From Nitrospira sp. (lineage in GTDB: Bacteria > Nitrospirota > Nitrospiria > Nitrospirales > Nitrospiraceae), in contig AP038806.1 of NCBI GenBank assembly GCA_047150005.1, forward strand, positions 1-64,000: a DNA stretch of 64,000 bases, in the 5' to 3' direction. This document shows positions 50,876 to 60,803 of this stretch, piece after piece (within the stretch, counting starts at the first letter, position 1; every line of letters starts with the position of its first letter). The notes under the pieces were generated by a model that saw only the letters and a program-made list of their open reading frames with translations, had not been told where the DNA came from and made no database searches. A program made the translations under genes and the position numbers.

Positions 50876-51637
50876 GTGAGCATGCCACAACTCGAGTTGT
50901 TAGACCGTCAAGAAGAGCAATGGGCTCTACTACGCAAAGAGCGAGGAGGCGAGGGAAGATCGCTCGCAATTTTCATACATGGCTTTCTAGGCGACCACCT
51001 AACCACATGGGGTCGCCTACCAGAAATGCTTCGTGAAAATACGCAAGATGATCCAGTGTTGGCCGATTGGGATTTTTTGTTTCTTGGCTACCCTACCAGA
51101 CAGATCGCCAGCTATCTTGATATAGCGCGTCTCATCGCCACTCAGTGGGAAAAAGCGGCAAATGGGAGATTACCTTTCGGAGGAGCTTATACCCGAGTCG
51201 CGCTTCTTGGTCACTCGCTCGGAACGCTCGGTATACGCCAGTTGCTCTGTGCGGGTGTGATGCAACCACCAAGGATGCTCCAAGCACTGCACAGTGTTAC
51301 CCTTTTTGGCACTCCACTAAACGGGAGTGGTCTCGCCGGCGTCGCTGCATGGGTCGTGGGTGGGAAAATTGCGGACGCACTAAAGCCAGGAAACCCACAG
51401 TTACGGATGCTAAAGTCCTGGAACGAAACGATACACCCTCATCTCAAATGGTGTCGCGTGCGTGTTGTCCTTGGAACAGACGACCAAGTAGTCGGGAACG
51501 AATACGCCGATCTCATTAACTTCCTAGGTGACGCTACACCCTATTCTTTGCTGAATTTTGATCACAAGAACCTTGTTAAACCTAACGACTGGTCCACTTC
51601 GACCATTCGAGATGAGATTAGAGAGGCGCTTCGATGA
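50876..51637 (+). CDS. Cytoplasmic alpha/beta hydrolase (DUF676/PGAP1-like)
   Basis: FIHGFLG, GHSLG, FGTPLNGS, DQVV, DHKNLVKP. Confidence 0.85.
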   Translation: MSMPQLELLDRQEEQWALLRKERGGEGRSLAIFIHGFLGDHLTTWGRLPEMLRENTQDDPVLADWDFLFLGYPTRQIASYLDIARLIATQWEKAANGRLPFGGAYTRVALLGHSLGTLGIRQLLCAGVMQPPRMLQALHSVTLFGTPLNGSGLAGVAAWVVGGKIADALKPGNPQLRMLKSWNETIHPHLKWCRVRVVLGTDDQVVGNEYADLINFLGDATPYSLLNFDHKNLVKPNDWSTSTIRDEIREALR

Positions 51638-52734
51638 CCACGGTCACCGGAGAGGAGTTACGGCAGCGACTCCAAGGTATCGCACAGGGGCCTTGGTCTA
51701 AAGGAGTTCACGATGCACACAGAATGCTGGCGCCTACCGCCCAACTCCGGGGTAGGCTGTACCGCAGTCCCACAATCAAACTCAACAAGCTAGAGCTGAC
51801 CGACTTCGATACGAAGAAAAATGCAGACTTTATGACGATTTTCAGACCTCACTTTCTAGACAGGAATGGGGTAACGGATCCCGCGGAGATTGAAGCTCGA
51901 GAAATTCTAGACAATGCACTGATACTGCCTGAGCTCTACGAACTTGCGGTGCAAACTGGATATCTGCCAGTGGAGCAAGTAAAGGAGCCGGCGCGGGAGA
52001 TCCTCGGCGATCTGCTTTGGTCAGAGGCTGTCAGAGGCTTCGTACAATCCTATGACTACATCGCCGTACAGATGTTGGCGACGCGTGTTGGGATGACCGG
52101 TTTCGGTGTGATACATCCACCTGCGCCTAAGAAGGATGCCGCACTACGTTTCGCCGGATTTCTCGCCCACCTTCGAGCTTTCTATGCAGATGATCAAATC
52201 TTCACGTGGACTCACTTCATGGATGACTACATCGAAGAGCCGGAAGAACAGGAGAAGTTGTGTAGCTATTTGCGGGGAGAGAGCAATACAGCTCCTAAAA
52301 GGTTTGGGGAACTGTTGGCTGGCTGCCAATTCTTTTCCGCCTCACTTGCAAGTGCTTTCCATGTCTTGGACCAGGAGGAACTCGGAAGATTTGGACTCAT
52401 ACACGCCTATTGGCTCCAAAAGTTCTTCGGGTACAAGATGGATAAAGAAGGCTATGTTAAGGACGTTAGGGTATGGGGCTCTACAGACTCTTGGGCACAT
52501 CTCTTTAGAGAGAGTTCACACCTCATACCTGAATCCATTGGCAGTGAGATTTCGGGCGTCGTTCGGCAGCAGTTTTGTGAGCAGGTGCAGTTGCTCAAAG
52601 AAACGTTTGATGCCGTGATAGCTATGACGAAACCAATCCTTAAAAAAGGAAATGTGTCTGGCGAAGACGGAACAAGGCGGCTCGTCCGTTCAGTGAAAAA
52701 ACGCAAGGGTCGGAAGAGGACAGGCAAGCGATGA
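51634..52734 (+). CDS. Hypothetical protein, 366 aa, basic C-terminal tail
   Basis: ATGA overlap with the upstream gene; no motif recognised. Confidence 0.75.
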   Translation: MTTVTGEELRQRLQGIAQGPWSKGVHDAHRMLAPTAQLRGRLYRSPTIKLNKLELTDFDTKKNADFMTIFRPHFLDRNGVTDPAEIEAREILDNALILPELYELAVQTGYLPVEQVKEPAREILGDLLWSEAVRGFVQSYDYIAVQMLATRVGMTGFGVIHPPAPKKDAALRFAGFLAHLRAFYADDQIFTWTHFMDDYIEEPEEQEKLCSYLRGESNTAPKRFGELLAGCQFFSASLASAFHVLDQEELGRFGLIHAYWLQKFFGYKMDKEGYVKDVRVWGSTDSWAHLFRESSHLIPESIGSEISGVVRQQFCEQVQLLKETFDAVIAMTKPILKKGNVSGEDGTRRLVRSVKKRKGRKRTGKR

Positions 52735-52821
52735 GTCGAACCCCGTGTCAGCAACTGTCCTGTGATTTAGGCATGCGGTACGTCGGGGCAGAATAAGCCT
52801 CTGCAGGAGGAGCGACACATC

Positions 52822-54369
52822 ATGCAGGATCCAACCATGCGTGCCAAGGGCTTGCTGGTCAAAATACGAGGAGGTGCAGAAACGTCGACGATCAAGTCCC
52901 TCAGACGACGGCTTGGACGCGATATGCGCTCGACTCCGCTCTGCAAGGAACTCCTCTGGCATCACATCCAAGCCAAGAAAGTTGTGGATAAGAACGCAGG
53001 GAAGGTGTTCGACACCGCCCATAGTCTGCTCGACATCGCCGGAATCTTGGCAATTGAACCGAATTTAGAGATCCCGAAAGATAAGGAACGAGAATTCACC
53101 GGCGACGAGAACGATCCCAAGACTGACTGCAAATACACGTGGCATATCGAACAGGTGAGGGCCAGTAAAGCGCGTGAAAACTTTTCTGTCAGAGGAGAGG
53201 GCGTGCGAGTCGCCCACCTTGACACAGGATACACAGAACACCCAGAACTGGTCATTGGCACCTCCGTAAGAGCAAACCTAGGCTACAACTTTGTAGAGGA
53301 TACCATTGATCCTTTGGAGCCTCTTAAAACCATTGACGAAGGGCACGGAACAGCGACGGCAAGCGTCCTCGTGGGGCTCGCTGGCAAACAACACAAAGGG
53401 GACGATCCTGCCTTCGTTGAAGGTGTTGCGCCGGGTGCGGAGCTCGTCCCGATTCGAGTTGATACGGTCCCTTGGTGGATCCTGAATCCGGCAAAAGACG
53501 TACCAGGTATCTGCCACGCGCTAAAGCAGGAGTGTCAGGTTATCTCAATGTCCCGTGGTGGACCCGGTTACGATTCTCTGCGAGATGCTATCAAGCTAGC
53601 GATCTCGCGTGGCACAATCGTCATCGCTGCTGCTTCGAATTGCAACGCTGGGTGTGGCATATGGAGTCCGGCAGATTATAAAGAAGTGGTCTGTGCGGCA
53701 GGCAGCACCTTTGACATGACTCCCTGGAAAGAGTCATCTAGAGGGCCCCAAGTGACGATCGCAGCCCCCGCTTGGTCAGTCTATCGCGCTCGCACACGGA
53801 AGATAAAAAATACATATTCGTTCGATGTGGAACGCAGTCACGGAACCTCATATGCCACTCCGATTGTGGCCGGTGCGGCTGCCTTATGGATTGAGCGGCA
53901 CGGCGGCGCAGCGGCACTCGCGGGAAAGCTTCGAGGTGTAAAAAATATCGCCCCCTCGTTCAAGTACCTTCTTGGCAAAAGTGCTCAACCAGGGAAAGAC
54001 TGGGATACCACGCAGTTCGGGCCAGGGATTCTTGACTGTGTCGCGCTATTGACTTCCGACTTGCCGAAGCCGGAAGACATCCCAACCATCGAGAACAACT
54101 TACGGACCCAATCAAACGCATCGAGACGCGGGCTTGCTCAGCAGGTACTTTCAAACCGAATCGAGGTTTCGGTTGATCCGCGAGCACAACATCTCTTGTC
54201 CCTTGAGATCGAGGCAGCGGCGATACGAAACCCTCAGTTCGAGTCGCTCCTTGCGGCCGCTACGCAAGGGACCTCGGCACAGGACTTGGCCGTCGCCAAC
54301 AATCTCGCGAAGGCATTAGCCCAAGACCGTTCTATTTCGACAGTGTTACGACGCTTAATAGACTCTTGA
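52822..54369 (+). CDS. S8 (subtilisin-like) serine peptidase, no signal peptide
   Basis: HLDTG, GHGT, AASN, HGTSYATP. Confidence 0.9.
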   Translation: MQDPTMRAKGLLVKIRGGAETSTIKSLRRRLGRDMRSTPLCKELLWHHIQAKKVVDKNAGKVFDTAHSLLDIAGILAIEPNLEIPKDKEREFTGDENDPKTDCKYTWHIEQVRASKARENFSVRGEGVRVAHLDTGYTEHPELVIGTSVRANLGYNFVEDTIDPLEPLKTIDEGHGTATASVLVGLAGKQHKGDDPAFVEGVAPGAELVPIRVDTVPWWILNPAKDVPGICHALKQECQVISMSRGGPGYDSLRDAIKLAISRGTIVIAAASNCNAGCGIWSPADYKEVVCAAGSTFDMTPWKESSRGPQVTIAAPAWSVYRARTRKIKNTYSFDVERSHGTSYATPIVAGAAALWIERHGGAAALAGKLRGVKNIAPSFKYLLGKSAQPGKDWDTTQFGPGILDCVALLTSDLPKPEDIPTIENNLRTQSNASRRGLAQQVLSNRIEVSVDPRAQHLLSLEIEAAAIRNPQFESLLAAATQGTSAQDLAVANNLAKALAQDRSISTVLRRLIDS

Positions 54370-54371
54370 AG

Positions 54372-55520
54372 TGTATAACTCACGACTTCATCTGACAGAC
54401 AGCGAGTCCTCACCGGGTTTAGGCCGCTAACATTTTCTCCTTGGCCAGTGGCACACTATCGAGAAACGTCTGCATCGGTGTCTTGCCATAGCACCAGCGC
54501 CCTTGGTGGGGGCGCTGCTCGTTGTACTCCTGGATCCACGCATCCAAGTCAGCCTGGAGGTCCTCCAGCGTTCGATAGATCTTCTTGCGGAGCGCCACGC
54601 GGTAAAACTCGTTCAACATGGTCTTGTGGAACCGTTCACAGATCCCGTTGGTCTGGGGATGCCGCGTCTTGGTGCGCGTATGATCGATGTTCTCCACGGC
54701 CAGATAGAGTTCGTACTCATGGCGCTCCGGAGTTCCACAGTATTCCGTGCCGCGATCCGTGAGCACACGGTTCAGCGGAATGGCATGCTGCTCGAAGAAC
54801 GGCAAGACCCGATCATTGAGCAATTCCGCGGCCGTCACCGGCGTCTTGCGGTCGTACAGCTTCGCAAATCCCACCTTGCTGTAGGTATCGATGAAGGTTT
54901 GCTGGTAGATGCGGCCGACGCCCTTCAAGGTGCCGACGTAGAACGTATCCTGCGCGCCGCAGTAGCCGGGACATTCGCTCTCAAATTCGCCGTGGGCCTC
55001 TTTGTCCGCCGTCGCCTTCTCCAGCGCCACGACTTGGGCCTCGGTAAGCACCAGTCCCGCTTGGGCTACCTTCGCTTCCAGTGCCTTTAAGCGTTTCCGC
55101 ATCGTTGCGAGATCATGGCGGAGCCAGATACAGCGCACGCCCGCTGGGGAGATGGACAGCGCCTGCTTGCGCAGTTCATTCGCCACGCGGGCTTGTCCCC
55201 ACGCGGGTTGCTCAATAGCGATCTGCACGATGGCCTGTTCCACCTCGGGTGCCACCCGATTCTTGAGGAGCGGCTTCTGCCGCGAAATCTCTTGAAGCGC
55301 GGCCTCGCCGCCGGTCTCGTAGAGTTCCTTGAATCGATAGAAACTATCGCGGCTATACCCCATCAGCTGGCAGGCTTTGGAGACATTGCCGAGCTGCTTC
55401 GCCAGTTCCAGCACGCCGACTTTCGTCTTAATGATCTTTTGTTCCGTCGTCATGGTCCTCGCTCCTTTCGTGAAGAGGGAGGACTCTAGCTGACTGTCAG
55501 ATTAAGTTCTAGCTTCCACA
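54372..55520 (-). mobile_element. Second copy of the IS481 element (transposase 54419-55453) with 7-bp duplication CTTGAAG
   Basis: Same translation and 1149-bp length; duplication at 54365-71 and 55521-27. Confidence 0.93.
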
Positions 55521-55583
55521 CTTGAAGGACTATCGCCCGGAAACCAGGAGAAGTGTCGCGCGGCCACCTCAGAGGAAGCGCAT

Positions 55584-55825
55584 ATGTTGGTTCACATCGT
55601 CGCCGATTACGGAATGGGGATCTCGCCTTTGCCGAAGTCGTGTAGCGGATCAAGGTGCATCTGCCGGACGTGGAACCGGTCTTGACGCCGGTACCGGCCT
55701 TCTCCACCATCGCGGCCGGCTTTTGTATCGCATAGCTCGGCCTGCACCCGTCGCCGCCCGGCACGTTGATCTATCATAACGTGGCACCACGCGAAGATGA
55801 TCCCGCGTCCCGGACCAAGAACGTA
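55584..55825 (+). pseudogene. Degraded SAM hydroxide-adenosyltransferase/chlorinase (DUF62)-like gene
   Basis: MLVHIVADYG, frameshift, GDLAFAEVV*..VPAFSTIAAGF..*..IYHNVAPR. Confidence 0.6.
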
Positions 55826-55980
55826 AAGGAAGCCCGCCTTTCTTTTGACGCAAATCGGATTCACGCCGACCTGAATGCATCAGAGAAAATGCACCAGCCA
55901 GAAGAGAAGCGAGATGCGTTCGGTCCCTACAGAAGACGCTTGAAGACGATGCAATCATTTGGGATTTCGTTTCTCATCGG

Positions 55981-58794
55981 TTGACACTTTCATCCGCCAC
56001 AACTACCCTGGCGCAGTACCGCCTGAAACCTGATTGGAGCTCATCAGAGATGAACAGCTCCATGAAATCCGATTCTATTGATGATGGTCCGTTCACTCTC
56101 TCGAATGTTCTAAGAGAGGAATATGCCGCCCTCCATGGCCGCCTGCCCCCAATCGAGCCGAACGAGACAGAAATGCACCGGCTCGCGTCGATCTATAAAC
56201 TCATCCATGCACTTCCACGGAAACGCACCGCCCTCTGTGTATCAGGTGGTGGCATCAGAAGCGCGATGTTTGGTCTGGGCATCATTCAGGGCTTTGCCCG
56301 TCACGGCATGCTCAACAAGTTTGACTATCTTTCAACTGTTTCAGGCGGCGGCCACATCGGTGGTTGGCTTACGGCATGGATCCATCGACATCCCGAAGGG
56401 GTAAATGGTGTCGCTGCGGAACTCAGCGAACCAGGGACCTCGAATCGGCACTCGGAACCGTACCCTGTCGCATGGCTTCGGAGCTATAGTAACTACCTCT
56501 CCCCCAGACTTGGAATCTTTTCGCCGGACTCTTGGGCGGTGATTTCCACATACCTCCGCAATCTCATTGCAAACTGGCTTGTATTCCTTCCCCTGATCGC
56601 GGCCGGACTCATGCTCCCAAGGATGTATATCGCCCTCGTCCGTCAGACCAACGCGGAATGGGTCATCAATGGAAGCTTCTGGGGTGGATGCGTTTTCCTG
56701 TTTCTTGCACTGACGTACCTCCACCTATACAGGCCGAGCGTCAAACAGTTCCGTCGCCATCCTTTTTGGTCAACGTTTGAGCAGGAAAGGTACGTCGCTC
56801 TCGCCTGTGTTCTTCCCATGTTGCTTTCAGCGCTCCTCCTCACAACTTCCTGGGCGTGGTTCCGGAATGCCGCAGGAACACTAGAAGACGTGGCGCTTTG
56901 GGGAATACGTAGTCTCGGGTGTTTTGCGATCGGCGGAGCACTGATTCACATGTCCAGCTGGCTCTTCTCAGCCGTCTTGCTGCGACGCGAAGTTTCGCGA
57001 TGGCTTGCCACCGAAGTCCTTATTATCGCCTGGTCTGGAGCGCTGGGTGGATACTTCCTTTGGGAACTGGTGGGAAGTTTACCCCCTAACCATCCCGTCG
57101 GCGCTTTTGCGGAACTCTATGCCTGTGTCGCCATGCCACTGTACCTGGCCCTGTTCCTCTTGGTGACGACACTCGCTACCATTGTCACCGGCCGCTTTAC
57201 TTTGGATGAGGATCGAGCGTGGTTCAGTCGCGCCGGTGCTTGGGTGATGATGACTGGAATAGCCTGGGGTTTGCTCAGCGGCCTCGTCATTGTGAGCTCC
57301 ATTCTGTTGGTGTGGTCTCGCAAGCTCTTACTTGACAACGATTTGACTACATTTGTCGGCGGCAGCGTGGCAACAATTGCGGCGCTCATCGGCGCCTTCA
57401 GCTCAAGGACCAAGGCCACGAACTCCGCCCAGGTCGATAGTCCTTCGGCTCTCGCAGAGTTAGCAGTTCGATACCTTGCTGCGCCAAGCGTCATCCTTTT
57501 TGTAATGGCGCTGGTGTCTCTGGGGACAAGCTTCATGCTGAATTGGCTCTCGTTCCCGCATTCCGTCGAATGGAGTTCTGTGGGTCTCCACATGCCTGAA
57601 GACTCATGGGGCCACATGAGCGTCATCCACAACGCTGCCCTACCGAGCATTGTTCAGTTGTGGATCAGCATGGTGCTTGTAGGCGTGTGTCTCAGTTTCT
57701 ATCTTGATATCAATAAGTTTTCGCTTCACGAAATTTACCGACAACGGCTTATCCGGGTGTACCTCGCGGCTTCGAACCGCGTGCACCATCGGGCCAATGT
57801 GTTTACTGGGTATGATCCGAACGACAACTTGCAGATGCATGATCTGCTGACTGATTCATCACCGGATAAGCCGATTCAGCGTCCCTTTCACGTGGTCAAT
57901 ATCGCTCTCAACTCGGTGATGGGAAGGAACCTTGCGTGGTTGAAGCAAAAGGTCCACTCGTTCACCGTCACCCCCCTGCACTGCGGAAATAGTCTGCTGG
58001 GTTATCGCAGGTCCGACATGTACGGCAGAAATGCAGCGGGTGGAGGGGCGATCACGCTGGGAACGGCATTGACCATATCAGGTGTTACAGCCAGCCCGAA
58101 CATTGGGTATCACTCCTACGCTCCTGCCAGGTTCTTACTGACGTTGTTTTGTGCTCGGCTGGGTTGGTGGCTAGGCAATCCCGGTATCCAAGGACGAGCC
58201 ACATATGGACGCTCTTGTCCTCACTCCGGCGTGTTTCCGGTCGTGTCGGAGGTATTGGGGGTCAATAGTTATGAGGGGAGCTATGTCTTCCTCTCCGATG
58301 GAGGTCATTTCGAGAATCTTGGTTTCTATGAAATGGTGGCCCGAAGGTGTCACTGCATCGTTGTGGTCGATGCCGGCCACGATCCCGATCACACGTTTGA
58401 GGATCTTGCCACTGCAATTCGAAAGATCCGTGTCGACCTCGGAATACGAGCGGAGATCGAGCTGAATCCACTCCGACTTCAAGAGGAGAATCGCTTAACA
58501 CGCGCGCATTGGGCAATCGGCATTCTCAAATATAGTGAATGCGATAGGGACGCTACGGATGGCGTGTTCATCTATATAAAACCGTCACTGACTGGGGACG
58601 AGCCGGTGGATGTCTTACAATACCGTGCAAATCACAAGGACTTTCCACAAGAGCCCATATTCGACCAATGCCTCAGCGATTCACAAACTGAATCCTATCG
58701 ACAGCTTGGAGAGCATATTGGCCTACAACTCGGGATGGACGAAGCGGTTCTTCAAACCTGTGGCTTCGCCACCGCAAGGCATCAGAGGCCTTGA
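55981..58794 (+). CDS. Multi-pass membrane patatin/cPLA2-like phospholipase
   Basis: SGGGIRS, YLSTVSGGG, many TM helices, LSDGGHFENLG; start uncertain (ATGs near 56050-56062). Confidence 0.85.
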   Translation: MTLSSATTTLAQYRLKPDWSSSEMNSSMKSDSIDDGPFTLSNVLREEYAALHGRLPPIEPNETEMHRLASIYKLIHALPRKRTALCVSGGGIRSAMFGLGIIQGFARHGMLNKFDYLSTVSGGGHIGGWLTAWIHRHPEGVNGVAAELSEPGTSNRHSEPYPVAWLRSYSNYLSPRLGIFSPDSWAVISTYLRNLIANWLVFLPLIAAGLMLPRMYIALVRQTNAEWVINGSFWGGCVFLFLALTYLHLYRPSVKQFRRHPFWSTFEQERYVALACVLPMLLSALLLTTSWAWFRNAAGTLEDVALWGIRSLGCFAIGGALIHMSSWLFSAVLLRREVSRWLATEVLIIAWSGALGGYFLWELVGSLPPNHPVGAFAELYACVAMPLYLALFLLVTTLATIVTGRFTLDEDRAWFSRAGAWVMMTGIAWGLLSGLVIVSSILLVWSRKLLLDNDLTTFVGGSVATIAALIGAFSSRTKATNSAQVDSPSALAELAVRYLAAPSVILFVMALVSLGTSFMLNWLSFPHSVEWSSVGLHMPEDSWGHMSVIHNAALPSIVQLWISMVLVGVCLSFYLDINKFSLHEIYRQRLIRVYLAASNRVHHRANVFTGYDPNDNLQMHDLLTDSSPDKPIQRPFHVVNIALNSVMGRNLAWLKQKVHSFTVTPLHCGNSLLGYRRSDMYGRNAAGGGAITLGTALTISGVTASPNIGYHSYAPARFLLTLFCARLGWWLGNPGIQGRATYGRSCPHSGVFPVVSEVLGVNSYEGSYVFLSDGGHFENLGFYEMVARRCHCIVVVDAGHDPDHTFEDLATAIRKIRVDLGIRAEIELNPLRLQEENRLTRAHWAIGILKYSECDRDATDGVFIYIKPSLTGDEPVDVLQYRANHKDFPQEPIFDQCLSDSQTESYRQLGEHIGLQLGMDEAVLQTCGFATARHQRP

Positions 58795-58860
58795 CTCGAT
58801 TCCCGCTTCCGCAGGAATGACACACTTCAGGGCTTCTGATGGCAAAGTAACCCACTACCC
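58790..58860 (+). repeat. 71-bp dispersed repeat, copy 2; contains the phospholipase stop codon
   Basis: Aligns to 134-204. Confidence 0.85.
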
Positions 58861-58885
58861 GTTGGTTCTGTATTAGGGCGCGAGC

Positions 58886-59044
58886 TCAACCTTGTAGCCG
58901 GCCACCTCTCATCAGATTTACCACAAGATGGATGACATCGCCAAGAATGAGATTTCCAACCATCCACCATGACATCCCGGCTCCGACTGCCAGTGCTGCC
59001 TCAAGAAGAACTTGCAGGAGATCGTGCTGCTTTTCCGGTTTCAT
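58886..59044 (-). CDS. Small membrane protein
   Basis: MKPEKQHDLL.. hydrophobic segment, GAAGG upstream. Confidence 0.35.
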   Translation of the reverse strand: MKPEKQHDLLQVLLEAALAVGAGMSWWMVGNLILGDVIHLVVNLMRGGRLQG

Positions 59045-59633
59045 CGGCCGCCTTCGTAAGCTGCTGTGTGATCTTCGATGGCTCCTCACTTCCTAAACCG
59101 TGCATACGCATCAGTCATGCCATAGCTGGATCTACCTCTTCGCATCCTCCCGACCTTCTGAACCTTGTGATTCGAGAGGGAATTGTCTTTCTTCAGACAG
59201 TCAGGCCCACAGAGGTCTTGAATTGCTAGGCGAGGAGAGCGGACTAGAACAGATGCGCAGAGGAATCTAATTGGATTCACTCAGGACCTTACCTCTTCCA
59301 TGGTCGGGAATTAGGACTTTTCGCTGTCGACTTGTTCAGGGTCCGTTCTTCTTCACGCCCGGTTCTCCTCTGTGGTTACGGGGCTTTGATAGATGTTATT
59401 AAGGGCTATCTTCAGGGTCGGTTAAGGAGAAGCAACATCAGGAACCGTTTCGAGGCACGCCTGTCCTGTTTATCCTGAGCTTGTCGAAGAAGGCCTGTGT
59501 CGAAGGGGGCGACCGACGCATTCGCCAGCGGTCTCGCGTCTCACGATGCCTATCCGTCATGCACAATAGACATGTTCGCATCAACAACGTACCATGGGTC
59601 GGCTCCTCACTAGACACCGCAAAGCGTGATCTG

Positions 59634-60035
59634 ATGCCCGTTGTTGTCGGCCTTCTCCTTGCCGTTGGGATCGCAGCACTGGCGAAGTTTACGCGCTTCG
59701 ATAAAGATCGCAGCTTCTATTCCACTGTGCTCATCATCATCGCGTCCTATTATGTGCTGTTCGCAGTTTTAGGCGGTTCCCGTCACGCCTTGGTCTGGGA
59801 ACTGGTCATCGCGGTGGCGTTTTCAACGATAGCGATAACCGGCGCGCTCGCTCAGCCCACGCTCGTGGGGGCTGGGATCGTCGCCCATGGTCTCTTTGAT
59901 CTTGTGCATGACGCTATCATTGAGAACTCGGGCGTCCCAACCTCGTGGCCAAGCTTTTGTGGAAGCATTGATGTCTTGTTGGGGCTGTGGGTGATTACCC
60001 TTACCCGCTCCCGTTACGGGCAGAGGTCGCAATAG
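59634..60035 (+). CDS. Small integral membrane protein
   Basis: Four to five TM helices, HGLFD..H, P..WP.FC..ID. Confidence 0.7.
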   Translation: MPVVVGLLLAVGIAALAKFTRFDKDRSFYSTVLIIIASYYVLFAVLGGSRHALVWELVIAVAFSTIAITGALAQPTLVGAGIVAHGLFDLVHDAIIENSGVPTSWPSFCGSIDVLLGLWVITLTRSRYGQRSQ

Positions 60036-60060
60036 AGACGCCGTCCGCGCGTGATCGCAC

Positions 60061-60522
60061 ATGTTCAAGGCGTTGGAACTGAAAGTACCTCCGTTGGCGC
60101 TCGTCGTTCTATTCGGCGCTGCGATGTGGCTCGCCTCTGCCTATTCTGGGTTCACCCTCTCACTGCCGCGGCGCGCGACGTTTGTCCTTCTCGTTTTTAT
60201 CGTGGGGTTCGCGATCGTTCTGGCCGGCGTCGTGGCATTTCGCCGGGCAAAGACGACGGTCAATCCGCTCACACCGGAAGCGACCACGGCGATGGTCACC
60301 TCAGGGATTTACCGCTTCACCCGTAACCCGATGTACCTTGGCTTCCTCTTTGTTCTTGCCGGATGGGCGGTGCATCTCTCCAATTTGCTGGCCTTCGCAT
60401 TCCTTCCCCTGTTTGTGTGGTACATGAATCGATTTCAAGTCGTACCTGAGGAAAGAGTCTTGAGCGCCAAATTTCCGGATGCATTTACGGCGTACAGGCG
60501 CTCGGTTCGCCGGTGGTTATGA
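60061..60522 (+). CDS. Isoprenylcysteine carboxyl methyltransferase/PEMT family protein
   Basis: TTVNP, SGIYRFTRNPMYLG, PEERVL. Confidence 0.9.
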   Translation: MFKALELKVPPLALVVLFGAAMWLASAYSGFTLSLPRRATFVLLVFIVGFAIVLAGVVAFRRAKTTVNPLTPEATTAMVTSGIYRFTRNPMYLGFLFVLAGWAVHLSNLLAFAFLPLFVWYMNRFQVVPEERVLSAKFPDAFTAYRRSVRRWL

Positions 60523-60803
60523 TCGCGGCGGCGCGCCCCTCCTGAGCCTGTGTCCCAGAGGGCGAGCGTACGGCGCAAGAGGCACGCTGACTGGGTCATA
60601 TGGAATCAGGAGTGACAAACCGAATTCAATCGGGATCTGACGAGCTTTGCACGGCAGTACGCGGGTTGAGTGAAGTACGATAGACCGCGCCGACGATTCA
60701 AAGTACAATAGCGACGGTTCTTCGTCTCCAGCTTTATGGAGTGGTCATCAGTCTGTGGTTTCACCTCGACGAGCGAGGAGCAACCACGGCTACGGAAGCA
60801 CGC

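Noticed and set aside
51634..52734. Bacterial gasdermin beside the S8 protease
   Set aside because: Looks helical, lacks the N-terminal Cys and beta-rich pattern, and is longer than typical; left as unknown.
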